Origin: Thermoflexibacter sp.
Lineage (GTDB): Bacteria; Bacteroidota; Bacteroidia; Cytophagales; Thermoflexibacteraceae
DNA: 39,668 bases
Assembly: GCA_025455345.1 (NCBI GenBank)
Contig: JALOMS010000002.1
Coordinates: 1 to 39,668, forward strand
Direction of reading: 5' to 3'
The notes under the pieces were generated by a model. That model was given only the letters and a program-made list of their open reading frames with translations. It made no database searches and was not told the DNA's origin. The position numbers were made by a program, and so were the translations under genes. This document shows positions 25,801-35,333 of the stretch, in pieces (within the stretch, counting starts at the first letter, position 1; the number at the start of each line of letters is the position of its first letter).

Positions 25801-27102
25801 AAAGGTAGAACCAAAGATATTTAAACCGTCATTTCCTGAGCCACCGAGATAGGTAGATGCCAAAAGTGCATTCCCAGATTCAGTAAGGGTACTGACAAAT
25901 ATATCACTGCCATTGTTGTAAGGAATCCCGCCGATTGCCTCAAAACTATTTCGTCCATCTCCTCCGTTGTATGTCCTATCAAAAGCACCAAAACTTGTGG
26001 GGAAATTGACAGAACTTGTTGTCCCCATGACGACTAATTGGTTTAACCCATTCACTACCAAACTATGAGGCACTTCTGAAGATGTACCACCTATAAAAGT
26101 TGCATAAAGTTGTCGCGTTCCCGTAGGGTTGTATTTGGTAATTCCAACATCTATTAAACCTCCAAAAAATCGCTGAAAAGCACCAACAGTAGTGGGGAAA
26201 TTTACTCCAAATACAGTCCCTGCGGTGTAGAGATTTCCCAAAGAGTCATACGTTGCTGTATTGCCCCAGTTGTTAGCGGTAGAGCCAGAAAAAGTAGAGA
26301 ATACCAATTGGGGGTCAATGACCAAAGGCAGATTCGTATTATAATCTCCCAATTCAAAACCTACAATATGATTATCTTTTAAAATAAATTGAGAAGGTAT
26401 TTCTACTTTTTCTCCATTAATTATCTGATAAGTATATGGTTTTTTCTCCCCAAAAGTATGGACAGACGTTTCTATTTCTAAATAACCGTCATCTCTAATT
26501 TGTATTTTATCTGCACCTTCATATTGCAATTGGATTAAATGCGGATTTGCACCAGCCTCTACGACAAACTCATATTTTAATCGCTCACCCTGCGTAAAAA
26601 ATCTAAAGCTAATGCCCTTATAAATAGATAAATAATTGACTTCTTTGAAGGAACTTACGTTACTTGCCCACTTGTTCTCATCTTCCCCAATAAAATAATT
26701 ACGCATAGCCCCTGTTTGCCCTTTGCCATTGATAAAAGGTTGTGGATTAGCATTTAGGAAGGTTACTGATACCCCGTGTCCCCTGATATTATACTTAGAT
26801 TCGTTAGGCTGTTGCTTATCCTCAACTCTTGCTTTTATACTATTATGCTCTTCTTTTTTCTTAGGGTGTCTGAGTTCTCCAATAGCTTCTCCGTCATAGA
26901 AGCCATAGTGTAGTCCATTTTTCTTTAAAAATAAAAAACCGTTAGGTATTTCTGCTCGGAAAATGACCTCTTTCTCCCATTGATTTTTATTCTCCGTAAA
27001 CTGGAATAAAGGAGAGGTTTCTGTCTGTGGCGATTTGATGTCCACCTGAGCAAATGAGCAAAGGGAAACGGCTAATAATACACAAATCAAATAAACTCGC
27101 AT
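22858..27102 (-). CDS. T9SS type-B (gliding motility-associated C-terminal domain) protein with SBBP-type beta-propeller and PKD repeats
   Basis: Signal peptide from ATG 27102 (MRVYLIC..SFAQ); FTENKNQW; LVIDPQLVFSTF; STYLGGSG repeats; WDFGNG PKD motifs; C-terminal PNVITPNGDGKNE..IYNRWG..Y.NDW.G. Confidence 0.92.
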   Translation of the reverse strand: MRVYLICVLLAVSLCSFAQVDIKSPQTETSPLFQFTENKNQWEKEVIFRAEIPNGFLFLKKNGLHYGFYDGEAIGELRHPKKKEEHNSIKARVEDKQQPNESKYNIRGHGVSVTFLNANPQPFINGKGQTGAMRNYFIGEDENKWASNVSSFKEVNYLSIYKGISFRFFTQGERLKYEFVVEAGANPHLIQLQYEGADKIQIRDDGYLEIETSVHTFGEKKPYTYQIINGEKVEIPSQFILKDNHIVGFELGDYNTNLPLVIDPQLVFSTFSGSTANNWGNTATYDSLGNLYTAGTVFGVNFPTTVGAFQRFFGGLIDVGITKYNPTGTRQLYATFIGGTSSEVPHSLVVNGLNQLVVMGTTSSVNFPTSFGAFDRTYNGGDGRNSFEAIGGIPYNNGSDIFVSTLTESGNALLASTYLGGSGNDGLNIFGSTFVHNYGDELRGEVNVDNLNNVYIASTTRSTNFPLQTATQTNLLGLQDAVFIKISQGLNNLLWSTYWGGSGLDVGYSVKINKKNEILVCGSTTSNNIRTSATAFRPTYQGGTSDGFVVRYTTNGTFLDGSYLGTSEYDQALFLDLDTEDNVYILGNTRGQYPISQGVYNNPNSGQFIQKLNPTLSTSFWSTVIGARRGSPDLSLTAFLVNQCGNLYVAGWGGNLQQGYPANSSSVGLPVTADAIRTTTDGLDFHLMLLEKDAKSLLYGTFFGGVGGEGDHIDGGTCRFDKKGVVYHAACVCRSNRFFTTPGVWSRVNNAAPTASDTEGCNNAAFKIDIEILRAGLRPLDASTGAERRRGCAPLRIRFQNQSANAQEIEWNIGNGLLVTQTSEPIYTFTQPGRYVVRQRVSSRLTCATLFAYDTITVFAVTNPTVNRDTIICRGGALQLRATGGTIYRWSPAEGLDNPNIATPVARPNQTTRYTVTVANAEGCSRDTSILITIVNPLASFNFTLDNLCDNSPTVRLNNTSPTASEYIWDLGDGRAFLGRTPPPFKYTRTGNYRISLTAKTGNCTNIATQDLSIVVQADLPPITLTRDTIICRGQSLQLNATGGNSYLWQPATGLSNPNIPNPIAQPIQTTRYTVTIINRDNCRRDTSVIVSVANPIANFSVRTEDICAPSPTIRLTNTSTDATNFVWDFGNGQTFTGQNPPPIRYQQSGNYQISLTAQRGACSNRFSQMISVSIIPDITPSVNRDTTLCNNETLQLIATGGISYRWSPATGLSNPNIANPIASPTQTTRYTVSITRREGCVQELSTLVNVANLTTVSFAVNYEDFCAPFPTVRLVNTSPARANFFWDLGNGQTFTGQEPPPFKYSQNGNYRISLIAREGRCTNQFVQNVAIEEFIFPNVITPNGDGKNETLIFNSPILGVKIEIYNRWGKLVYQSDNYQNDWKGEGIAGVYYYMVTSSDGKSCKGWLNVFTSN
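23090..24510 (-). repeat. Three tandem ~158-aa Ig-like + PKD units within the T9SS protein
   Basis: RDT..C....LQL.ATGG..Y.W.PA.GL.NPNI..P.A.P.QTTRYTV recurs near 24500, 24025 and 23550 (periods of 477 and 474 nt). Confidence 0.88.
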
Positions 27103-27165
27103 GAGATTGGAAGAATAATAATGTTTGATAAATAAGATATAAGTTGGGTTCAAAAACTCTATAAA

Positions 27166-27173
27166 CAAAGATA
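27166..27173 (-). promoter_or_regulatory. Bacteroidota -7 promoter element (TATCTTTG)
   Basis: Exact TAnnTTTG on the minus strand, ~64 nt upstream of ATG 27102. It supports that start over 27168. Confidence 0.5.
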
Positions 27174-27237
27174 CGAAAAGAAATTCAGATTGGGTTGCAA
27201 AAGGTAAAGAAAAACCAATAGATGTACTAAGACAAAT

Positions 27238-27274
27238 AAAAAAAGCAGATTAGACAACCTAATCTGCTTTTTTT
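27238..27274 (-). terminator. Intrinsic terminator (bidirectional shape) after the TPR gene
   Basis: AAAAAAAGCAGATTAG-ACAAC-CTAATCTGCTTTTTTT, a perfect stem with A and T tails, ~17 nt past the stop at 27292. Confidence 0.88.
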
Positions 27275-27291
27275 ATGATAAAAGGGAAAAT

Positions 27292-28740
27292 CTATTCTTC
27301 TATAAGTTTGACTTCTCCTGCACCTGCGTCCTGCATCTCCTCTTCTTGTAACTCTGTCAAAGCCCCTGGCAATCCTTCCATTTCGGCTCGTGCCGCGTGC
27401 ATGTATTTATTACTTTTTTGAGCTATTTTGAAGTTTTCTATGGCAAAATAATTTTGAGAAGCAGGGTCTCCTTCTGGCGATTTTGCCGCATCTTTCATAA
27501 TAATCCCCAAGGCAAATGCAAAACGGGCTTTGAGGTCAGTAGGAAGATCTTCAGACTCTGTAACGTTCTGCAAATCAGAAGCCGCATCATTAAACTTACC
27601 TACTTTATAGAGAGCAATTGCTTTCCAAAGCACTACTTGCAGGTTTGTTGGGAAAAACTTCAAACATTCATTGGCAGAAAGTGCCGCACCATCAAAATTA
27701 TAAGTTTCAAATTGTAATTTACACAAACGGCAATAAACACTTGCTCTTCTCTTTTCATCTTTATTAATCTTCACTGAATCTTCTAATAGTTTAATGCCTC
27801 TTTGCTTACCTTTTACCGACTCCTTCATCGTGGTTATTTTTACCTCTAAGTCTTTGGGTTCTCTGTACTTAGGGTCCATCTGTAAGGCTCTGGTAACGGC
27901 TTCTTGTGCTTTATCATAATTAAAAATATCAAAATAAGCAACAGCTATATCGTACTGATAGCTTGGCAATAACAAAGCAACGCGCTTTTTGAATTTGCCA
28001 AAATCTGCTTGCTTCAAAAATACAAGAGAACTGTCAAATTTCCCTTTTTTATTATAAGAATACCCTATTTCATAATTAAATCTGTCTAAATCTCGTGGCG
28101 GTTTAATAGTTGCCATCTGCCCTGCCTCATTGCGTGCTTTGTACTTTGCAAAGTTTTTCAACATAAATTTTGCTTTAGTAATCGCCGAGTCATAGCGTCC
28201 CAATTTGTTCAGATTTCTAATTTCCATATACATAATATCTCCATTAGAAGGGTCTAATTTTTTGGCTTGCTCCACCAAGGAAGGAATAGAATCAAATTTT
28301 TGGGTAACATTCATTAAGGTAATGACTCTATTGAGCGTTTCTAACTTAGTTTTAGAATCAGTATCAAACTGTGCCGCTCTTTTATAATAAGAAGCCGCCG
28401 TAGCAAAATCTTTTTTTGCCTTTTCATAGCTCACAGCTAACATTTTGAGCGCATCTACATAATCATTTTTCCTACCAACTGCTCCTTCAAAGGCTTTGAT
28501 AGCATTATCAATATCCCCTAACGCCCTATGACACAGCCCCATATCATAAAAATATCTTGCCGCCTTCTCTCCCTTCTCTAACTTGATAGCTTCTTGGTAC
28601 AATTGAATAGCAATATCATATTTTTTTGCTTTACGCGCTCTATCTGCTTCCAAATACTTATCCAAACCATCTTGGGCAAATGTACTACTCAATGATAGAA
28701 TCGTAATAACCAACACTAAATATATCCTTATAATTTTCAT
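27292..28740 (-). CDS. Exported tetratricopeptide repeat protein
   Basis: Signal peptide ending TFAQ; repeated TPR patterns (YDIAIQLYQEAIKL, MGLCHRALGDIDNAIKAF, YDKAQEAVTRALQMDP). Confidence 0.85.
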   Translation of the reverse strand: MKIIRIYLVLVITILSLSSTFAQDGLDKYLEADRARKAKKYDIAIQLYQEAIKLEKGEKAARYFYDMGLCHRALGDIDNAIKAFEGAVGRKNDYVDALKMLAVSYEKAKKDFATAASYYKRAAQFDTDSKTKLETLNRVITLMNVTQKFDSIPSLVEQAKKLDPSNGDIMYMEIRNLNKLGRYDSAITKAKFMLKNFAKYKARNEAGQMATIKPPRDLDRFNYEIGYSYNKKGKFDSSLVFLKQADFGKFKKRVALLLPSYQYDIAVAYFDIFNYDKAQEAVTRALQMDPKYREPKDLEVKITTMKESVKGKQRGIKLLEDSVKINKDEKRRASVYCRLCKLQFETYNFDGAALSANECLKFFPTNLQVVLWKAIALYKVGKFNDAASDLQNVTESEDLPTDLKARFAFALGIIMKDAAKSPEGDPASQNYFAIENFKIAQKSNKYMHAARAEMEGLPGALTELQEEEMQDAGAGEVKLIEE

Positions 28741-29195
28741 ATAGTAAAAGATTTATTAAAATGCTTATTAAAATCAAATTCAGTTATAATAAAATAATTT
28801 TTTAACACACCATAGCAAAAAGCATACTTAAATTCTATAAAATGAACGAGATAATTATATAATTTATTTGTAATCAAATAGATACAAATGAAAAATTAAC
28901 AAATTTTAGTCAAATCCTTTTTAGATTGTTCAAATATCGTATAAAATTAGTACAAATCTTTCTTAATTTTTCACAAAATTAGTAATGAGAATAGTATTTT
29001 TCATTAAAATCCAATGAATAAAACAATCCAGACATTATCTTCATAGATTATAGAAGGAAATTTTGCTAACTTATTTGAAATTATCACTTTGTTGTCTAAA
29101 TTGCGCCAAAATTATAGCTGTGTTATAGAATTTTAGTGAATATTTTTTTGATTATTAGGAACTTAATCGAATTTTAAGCGGATAAACATTCAAAA

Positions 29196-30266
29196 ATGAA
29201 AACATATACAAATAGATTCTTACTTTCATTTTTCTTACTTTTTTTGATTTTAGGTATATCTGTGCCTCCAGCGAACGCAAGGGAAGGTGGTAATGAAGGG
29301 GAAAAGTTTAATCCCAAAGATATGATTATGCACCACGTCATGGATAGCTATGAATGGCACTTATTGGATTATAAAGATGCTAATGGAGAAGAACATCCTG
29401 TAAGCATCCCACTCCCTGTTATATTATTTACAGATGGTAGCTTAGATGTTTTTATGTCAAGTTCTTTTCATCATGGGAAAGAACAAGTCATCAAAGGAAG
29501 CAATGTCTATCGCATGGACGAGCATGGTCATATCAAAGAAGCCAATGGGAAGAAAATAATAGACATCTCAATTACTAAGAATGTGGCTTCTATGTTTATC
29601 GGTGCGCTTATAATAATTTGGTTATTTACTTCATTAGCAAAGGCATACGTCAAACAAGCAGGCAAAGCTCCCAAGGGGACGCAAAACTTCTTTGAGATGA
29701 TTATAGTTTTTATTCGCGATGAGGTAGTCATTCCCAATCTTGGAGAAAAGCACTATAAAAAATACCTTCCTTACCTACTTACTTTATTTTTCTTTATTTG
29801 GGTAAATAATATGCTGGGCTTGATACCTGGAGGTGCGAATACTTCTGGTAATATTGCTTTTACCATGACTTTGGCGGTGATTACCTTCTTAGTTACCAAT
29901 ATTTCAGGAAATAAGGAGTATTGGGGGCATATTTTTTGGACACCGGGTGTACCAAAACTATTGATGATTATCTTAGCTCCTATCGAGTTTATTGGCATTT
30001 TCACCAAGCCTTTTGCCTTGATGATTCGTCTTTTTGCCAATATTACAGGTGGACACATTATCATATTGAGTTTAGTTAGTTTTGCGTTTATTTTCAAGAG
30101 TATGACCGTAGGTTTTGCGGCTTCGGCAGGAGTAGTAGTGATGATGTTCTTAGAACTTTTTGTTGCCGCTTTGCAATCTTATATCTTTACGCTTTTGACT
30201 TCCCTATTCATAGGAATGGCAATTGCCGAACACGAGCATGAACACGAACACGCAGAGCATCATTAA
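29196..30266 (+). CDS. atpB: F0F1 ATP synthase subunit a
   Basis: Bacteroidota-type long N-terminus (HHVMDSYEWH, PLPVIL); KPFALMIRLFANITGGH; LQSYIFTLL. Confidence 0.98.
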   Translation: MKTYTNRFLLSFFLLFLILGISVPPANAREGGNEGEKFNPKDMIMHHVMDSYEWHLLDYKDANGEEHPVSIPLPVILFTDGSLDVFMSSSFHHGKEQVIKGSNVYRMDEHGHIKEANGKKIIDISITKNVASMFIGALIIIWLFTSLAKAYVKQAGKAPKGTQNFFEMIIVFIRDEVVIPNLGEKHYKKYLPYLLTLFFFIWVNNMLGLIPGGANTSGNIAFTMTLAVITFLVTNISGNKEYWGHIFWTPGVPKLLMIILAPIEFIGIFTKPFALMIRLFANITGGHIIILSLVSFAFIFKSMTVGFAASAGVVVMMFLELFVAALQSYIFTLLTSLFIGMAIAEHEHEHEHAEHH

Positions 30267-30407
30267 GCGTTTAATTACTAATTCTTAATGACTAATTACT
30301 TTAATTTATTCATTATCAATCAAGTATTTATGTTAAGATTAGTAATTCATCATTCGTAATTAGTAATTTAGATTTGTTTTTATAATTCATATTTAATTTT
30401 TAAAACT

Positions 30408-30665
30408 ATGTTAGCTAATTTATTATTGGAAATCGGTGGTAGCATGAGTACACTTGGCGCAGGTATTGGCGCAGGTTTGGCGGTAATCGGTGCAGGTGTA
30501 GGCATTAGCGGTGTGGGTGGTCGCGCGATGGAAGCTATGGCTCGTCAGCCAGAAATCTTTGGCAAGTTGCAAACTGCAATGATTATTGCGGCGGCTTTGG
30601 TCGAAGGTGCGGCTCTTTTCGCTATCGTTGTTTGCTTGCTTATCGCAGGTAATCCAAACGCATAA
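30408..30665 (+). CDS. atpE: F0F1 ATP synthase subunit c
   Basis: GAGIGAG glycine motif, MARQPE loop and ALVEGAALF carboxylate. Confidence 0.98.
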   Translation: MLANLLLEIGGSMSTLGAGIGAGLAVIGAGVGISGVGGRAMEAMARQPEIFGKLQTAMIIAAALVEGAALFAIVVCLLIAGNPNA

Positions 30666-30689
30666 CTCTAACTACGCATAACTCTAACT

Positions 30690-30726
30690 ACAGGACATTC
30701 AGGCGGATTGCGCCTGATAGTCCTGT
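30690..30726 (+). promoter_or_regulatory. Stem-loop after atpE (partial terminator or mRNA stabiliser)
   Basis: ACAGGAC..TCAGGCG-GATTG-CGCCTGA..GTCCTGT, followed by TTGTTTGTT. Confidence 0.6.
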
Positions 30727-30902
30727 TTGTTTGTTATAAATAAGCTAATAATTTATTAATGAGCGATTTAGTATTTGTACTTTACAATTAACAATTCATA
30801 ATATAGTAATTTGTAATTATCCATTAGTAATTCATAATTATTCATTAGTAATTACATATAAGACATTTATAATTCATAACTTATAACTCATAACAGAATA
30901 AA

Positions 30903-31397
30903 ATGGATTTAGTAACACCGGGCGTAGGTCTAATATTTTGGACAGCATTGACATTTATCATTGTTTTGTTGATTCTTCGTAGATTTGCTTGGAAGCCAAT
31001 CTTAGGTGCTTTAGATGAAAGAGAAAAGAGTATCGCAGAATCTTTGGAGGCGGCAGAAAAAGCAAAACAAGAAATGGCAACACTCAATTTAGAAAACCAA
31101 AAACTCTTACAAGAAGCCAAGTCTGAAAGGGAGAAAATTTTGAGAGATGCCAAAACGGTAGCCGAGAGATTGGTTAATGAAGCCAAAGAAAGAGCGATAG
31201 AAGAAAGTAATCGAATCATCGCTTCGGCTCAGGAAGCTATACGCAATGAGAAACAAGCCGCAATGACTGAAGTAAGAAATCAAGTGGCTCATTTGTCTTT
31301 GACCATTGCTGAAAAATTGCTTAGAAATGAGTTGAGTAATAAATCTACTCAAATAGATTTAGCAAAATCTTTTATGAACGAAATTAAAGAAAACTAA
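30903..31397 (+). CDS. atpF: F0F1 ATP synthase subunit b
   Basis: [19 protein letters not shown] and a coiled coil; operon position. Confidence 0.97.
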   Translation: MDLVTPGVGLIFWTALTFIIVLLILRRFAWKPILGALDEREKSIAESLEAAEKAKQEMATLNLENQKLLQEAKSEREKILRDAKTVAERLVNEAKERAIEESNRIIASAQEAIRNEKQAAMTEVRNQVAHLSLTIAEKLLRNELSNKSTQIDLAKSFMNEIKEN

Positions 31398-31398
31398 A

Positions 31399-31956
31399 AT
31401 GTCAGAAATCAGAGTAGCTACGAGATATGCAAAATCCTTAATCGAACTTGCTGAAGAAAAAGGAGTTTTGGAGTCTATAAATAATGATATGCTATTATTT
31501 ACGAATACCTGTGATAAAGCAAGAGACCTCAAGCTCATGTTGAGAAATCCTATTATTAACAGGGATGCAAAATTGAAATCGCTGAATCGCATTTTTGCAA
31601 ATCATTTCAATCAAATAACACTTGCTTTTTTTGACATCTTAGTGAAAAAGCACAGAGAATCCATCTTAGACGTAATTGCCAAAGAGTTTCATAGACAGTA
31701 CAATGAAAAAATGCATATAGAAAATGCGGTGATTACAACTCCTTTTGTATTGACAGATGAGCTTAGAAACAGTTTTATGGCAGCAGTAGAGGAACTTTCT
31801 GGTAGAAAAGTAGAACTTAAGGAGAAAATAAATCCAGAATTGATAGGTGGGTTTGTATTACAAATCAATGATAAACAGATAGATACTTCCATTAGTAGTC
31901 GTTTGAAAGAGCTAAGAGTCAAGTTCTCCGAAAATCCATATATCAGAGAGTTCTAA
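31399..31956 (+). CDS. atpH: F0F1 ATP synthase subunit delta
   Basis: RVATRYAKSL and PELIGGFVL..D.SI; operon position. Confidence 0.97.
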   Translation: MSEIRVATRYAKSLIELAEEKGVLESINNDMLLFTNTCDKARDLKLMLRNPIINRDAKLKSLNRIFANHFNQITLAFFDILVKKHRESILDVIAKEFHRQYNEKMHIENAVITTPFVLTDELRNSFMAAVEELSGRKVELKEKINPELIGGFVLQINDKQIDTSISSRLKELRVKFSENPYIREF

Positions 31957-32102
31957 GATTCAAATTACTCATTGTATAATTACTAATTTTTATAATTACG
32001 TTTGTATTTTATTTATAATTGGTATTATATAATTGGTATTGATAAATGTAATTAATCATTGGTAATTAGTAATTTAATTAGTCATTAAAATATATAAATA
32101 AC

Positions 32103-33686
32103 ATGGTGCAAATTAGACCTGATGAGGTTTCTGCTATATTGAGAGAGCAGTTATCTAACTTCAAAACTGAAACTGAATTAGAAGAAGTTGGTACAGTTTT
32201 GCAAGTTGGTGATGGGGTAGCTCGTATTTATGGACTTACCAAAGTACAGTCTGGTGAGTTGATAGAGTTTGCAAACGGTTTGAGAGGATTGGTATTGAAC
32301 TTGGAAGAGGACAATGTAGGTGCGGTTATTTTTGGAGATTCCAGTGGTATTAAAGAAGGAGATACCGTCAAAAGAACACGCACGATTGCTTCTGTAAAAG
32401 TAGGCGAAGGTATGTTGGGACGTGTAGTAGATACACTTGGTAATCCCATAGATGGCAAAGGACCTATTCAAGGAGAGTTATTTGAAATGCCTTTGGAAAG
32501 AAAAGCTCCCGGAGTTATCTACCGACAACCTGTAAATGAGCCTTTACAAACAGGTATCAAGGCGATTGATGCGATGATTCCGATAGGAAGAGGGCAACGC
32601 GAGTTGATTATCGGCGACCGTCAGACAGGAAAAACCGCAGTAGCTATCGATACGATTATTAACCAAAAAGAATTTTATGAAGCAGGCAAACCTGTTTTTT
32701 GTATCTATGTAGCGATTGGGCAGAAAGCCTCTACAATAGCTGGTATTTTGAATACTTTGGAGAGAGCTGGCGCAATGACTTATACGATTATCGTGGCTGC
32801 TGCCGCTTCTGACCCTGCGCCTATGCAGTTCTACGCTCCATTTACGGGTGCGGCGATTGGCGAATATTTTAGAGATACAGGCAGACCTGCTTTGGCAATT
32901 TATGATGACCTTTCTAAGCAAGCTGTGGCATATAGAGAAGTATCTTTGCTTTTGAGAAGACCTCCTGGACGTGAGGCATACCCTGGAGACGTATTCTATT
33001 TGCACTCTCGCTTACTGGAACGTGCCGCAAAAATCAATAACTTTGACGAGGTAGCACAACAGATGAATGACCTTCCTCCTTCTTTGAAACACAAAGTAAA
33101 AGGTGGTGGTTCTTTGACTGCCTTACCAATTATTGAAACACAAGCAGGGGACGTTTCTGCCTATATTCCTACTAACGTAATCTCTATTACAGATGGTCAG
33201 ATATTCTTAGAATCTAACTTGTTTAACTCTGGTATTCGTCCCGCGATTAACGTAGGTATCTCTGTATCAAGAGTAGGTGGTTCTGCACAGATTAAATCTA
33301 TGAAGAAAGTAGCTGGTACACTAAAACTTGACCAAGCACAGTTCCGCGAATTGGAAGCATTTGCAAAGTTCGGTTCTGACCTTGATGCCGCAACAAAATT
33401 GACGATTGACAGGGGTAGGAAAAACCAAGAAATCTTAAAACAAGCACAATACTCTCCTGTAGCCGTAGAGAAACAAGTAGCGATTATTTATGCTTCTACG
33501 AATGGATTGTTGGACGCTATACCTGTAAATAAAGTAAAGGATTTTGAAGTAGAGTTTTCTATAAGATTAGATGATGTAGTTTACAGCGATGCGCTTAACA
33601 AACTCAAAAATGGAGTATTAGATGATAGTGTAACAAGCGCATTAAAGTCTTTGGCTTCAGAATTGACTAAAAACTATGCAAAATAG
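32103..33686 (+). CDS. atpA: F0F1 ATP synthase subunit alpha
   Basis: [32 protein letters not shown] and [14 protein letters not shown]. Confidence 0.99.
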   Translation: MVQIRPDEVSAILREQLSNFKTETELEEVGTVLQVGDGVARIYGLTKVQSGELIEFANGLRGLVLNLEEDNVGAVIFGDSSGIKEGDTVKRTRTIASVKVGEGMLGRVVDTLGNPIDGKGPIQGELFEMPLERKAPGVIYRQPVNEPLQTGIKAIDAMIPIGRGQRELIIGDRQTGKTAVAIDTIINQKEFYEAGKPVFCIYVAIGQKASTIAGILNTLERAGAMTYTIIVAAAASDPAPMQFYAPFTGAAIGEYFRDTGRPALAIYDDLSKQAVAYREVSLLLRRPPGREAYPGDVFYLHSRLLERAAKINNFDEVAQQMNDLPPSLKHKVKGGGSLTALPIIETQAGDVSAYIPTNVISITDGQIFLESNLFNSGIRPAINVGISVSRVGGSAQIKSMKKVAGTLKLDQAQFRELEAFAKFGSDLDAATKLTIDRGRKNQEILKQAQYSPVAVEKQVAIIYASTNGLLDAIPVNKVKDFEVEFSIRLDDVVYSDALNKLKNGVLDDSVTSALKSLASELTKNYAK

Positions 33687-33727
33687 TTTAATCACTGTTT
33701 GATAGATATATTAGAAAAGACAATCGC

Positions 33728-33766
33728 AAAGTGCCAAACTTGACAAGGTTTGGTACTTTTATTTTT
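33728..33766. terminator. Terminator between convergent atpA and the cyanophycinase-like gene
   Basis: AAAGTGCCAAAC..GTTTGGTACTTT stem with a downstream T-rich tract. Confidence 0.7.
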
Positions 33767-33784
33767 GTTTTAAATGAATGATTG

Positions 33785-34858
33785 TTAGTAAATTAATACA
33801 CCATCATTTGCTGACATAAATTTCCAAATTCCATTTGTTCCCGTAGCCCAAGTGTTTAGATTAAAAGAGCCTGCCGTCTTCATCGTAGGACTCGCCTGCA
33901 ACTCATAAACCCGTACAGCTTGTTGCCCAACATCCCAGGTAAGAGGCTTTTTTGACACACAAACTTCTGGTATGGAGTGATTATAACGTTGAAAAAAGAA
34001 TGCTTTGTTCAATCCTACTACTTTGGCTATCCCGTCTGCGTCAATCAATACTGCCGTTTTTTCATCTACCCCAATCCCCTTAATATCTAATGTCCAATCT
34101 TTGACTATTCTTGCCATAAACCCCAATAACCTTCCTTGTCTATTTCTTTGGGAAAAATGTTGGTCTGTAATTGTATTGGTCAATAATGGACTATTTACAA
34201 AATCATCTTTACCTATTGTAACTCCTTGATGATATGGGTCGCTTAGTACTTCAGAAGAGGTTACAGAGCCATTGAGTGCGGAGAAGTAAAGTTTACCTAA
34301 TATGGCACAGCCTGCACTCGTTCCTCCCACAGGTACTTTTTTAGTATTTATCAAATAATTAATAGCGTCTTCTACGGGTGTATCTCTCCAATTATTCACA
34401 TAGTCCGCTTGGTCGCCACCAGCGATGAACAAAGCTTCTGCATTCCTAATTTTATTGATAACTTCTGAATTTTGAGCAATTGTACGAGAGGTAATCATAA
34501 TAGTTTCGCAAGAATTTACTCCGCCCAACTCAGAAAATATATATGGATTGTAACCATCTGCGCCTGTAACTCTTATGACTACAAAATCTCCACCACCTGA
34601 CTTTTGTATCATCCAACGCAAAGCCTCATCTACATCTGTACTGCCACCCATTAGAACAATACCACCCGAAGTAGCTGTCTGTACATCTGTAGCACTACCA
34701 ATAAGATATGAGGTATAATCCTTCTTAGCCACGTCAGTACGGCTATCAGATACTTCTGTGGGCATATTTCCACTTATTCCTCCTTTTCTACACGCATAAA
34801 ATGAGATACTTAGCAATAAAAGTAATAATGATAAAATACGTAAATGGTTGTTTGACAT
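33785..34858 (-). CDS. Cyanophycinase-like peptidase S51 family lipoprotein
   Basis: Lipobox FYAC; LMGG, FIAGGDQ, nucleophile GGTSAG, DQHFSQRNRQGRL and GVDEKTA. Confidence 0.9.
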   Translation of the reverse strand: MSNNHLRILSLLLLLLSISFYACRKGGISGNMPTEVSDSRTDVAKKDYTSYLIGSATDVQTATSGGIVLMGGSTDVDEALRWMIQKSGGGDFVVIRVTGADGYNPYIFSELGGVNSCETIMITSRTIAQNSEVINKIRNAEALFIAGGDQADYVNNWRDTPVEDAINYLINTKKVPVGGTSAGCAILGKLYFSALNGSVTSSEVLSDPYHQGVTIGKDDFVNSPLLTNTITDQHFSQRNRQGRLLGFMARIVKDWTLDIKGIGVDEKTAVLIDADGIAKVVGLNKAFFFQRYNHSIPEVCVSKKPLTWDVGQQAVRVYELQASPTMKTAGSFNLNTWATGTNGIWKFMSANDGVLIY

Positions 34859-34900
34859 AATGATACTTTATTTTGTCAATTTTAAAATGAATTCGTGCAA

Positions 34901-35042
34901 TAAGTGATTCAACTTTTCTAAGTTCCCCTGCGGGGAAAGACTTGCTGTAAATGTGTATTTTGGCTCCCTTCTCCTTCGGGGAAGGGCTGGGGTTGGGGCG
35001 GTTATTTTTGCTCACTTACTTAAGTGATTCAACTTTTCTAAG
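34901..35042. repeat. 22-bp direct repeat flanking a GC-rich REP-like palindrome
   Basis: TAAGTGATTCAACTTTTCTAAG at 34901-34922 and 35021-35042. Between them lie TTCCCC-TGC-GGGGAA and CCCTTCTCCTTCGGGGAAGGGCTGGGGTTGGGG (34966-34998). Confidence 0.85.
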
Positions 35043-35268
35043 CGTTCTTTATTTAGCCTCGTAGAGGCGAAAGTTTTGTAAAAAACAAGTATTATTCTAT
35101 CACAAAGTCACGTATGGACGAAACGGACATCTTGTTAGTTAGCAAGTTACGCCTCCATGAGTTACGCCTCCATGAGGCTTTACATATAAGCATTATCTGT
35201 TAGTTTTACAAAACGCAAGTTCCTAACGGAACTGCATACAAAAACGTTTACTTTTGTTGAATTACGTA
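35021..35268. mobile_element. 248-bp non-autonomous four-palindrome element (REP/MITE-like), copy B
   Basis: Ends TAAGTGATTCAAC and GTTGAATTACGTA form an imperfect inverted repeat. Hairpins at 35055, 35106 (degenerate), 35166 and 35219. Inverted boxes TTTTGTAAAA and TTTTACAAAA. 15-bp tandem duplication at 35146-35175. Confidence 0.65.
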
Positions 35269-35333
35269 GAATATTCTTATAAATAACAAGAGTTTTATGC
35301 CTAATTATCAATCTTTTACCTAATTAGATAAGG

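Noticed and set aside
30228-30263. His/Glu-rich tail of AtpB (EHEHEHEHAEHH)
   Set aside because: His-rich C-termini are common in Bacteroidota subunit a and are not distinctive.
30408-30665. Na+-translocating or N-type ATPase
   Set aside because: Subunit c has EGA rather than the ES/T Na+-binding signature, and the gene order with atpH is that of the ordinary F-type enzyme.
34788-35015. 75-aa ORF MSKNNRPNPSPSPKEKG..
   Set aside because: It is the translation of the GC-rich palindrome and overlaps the start of the cyanophycinase-like gene in another frame.
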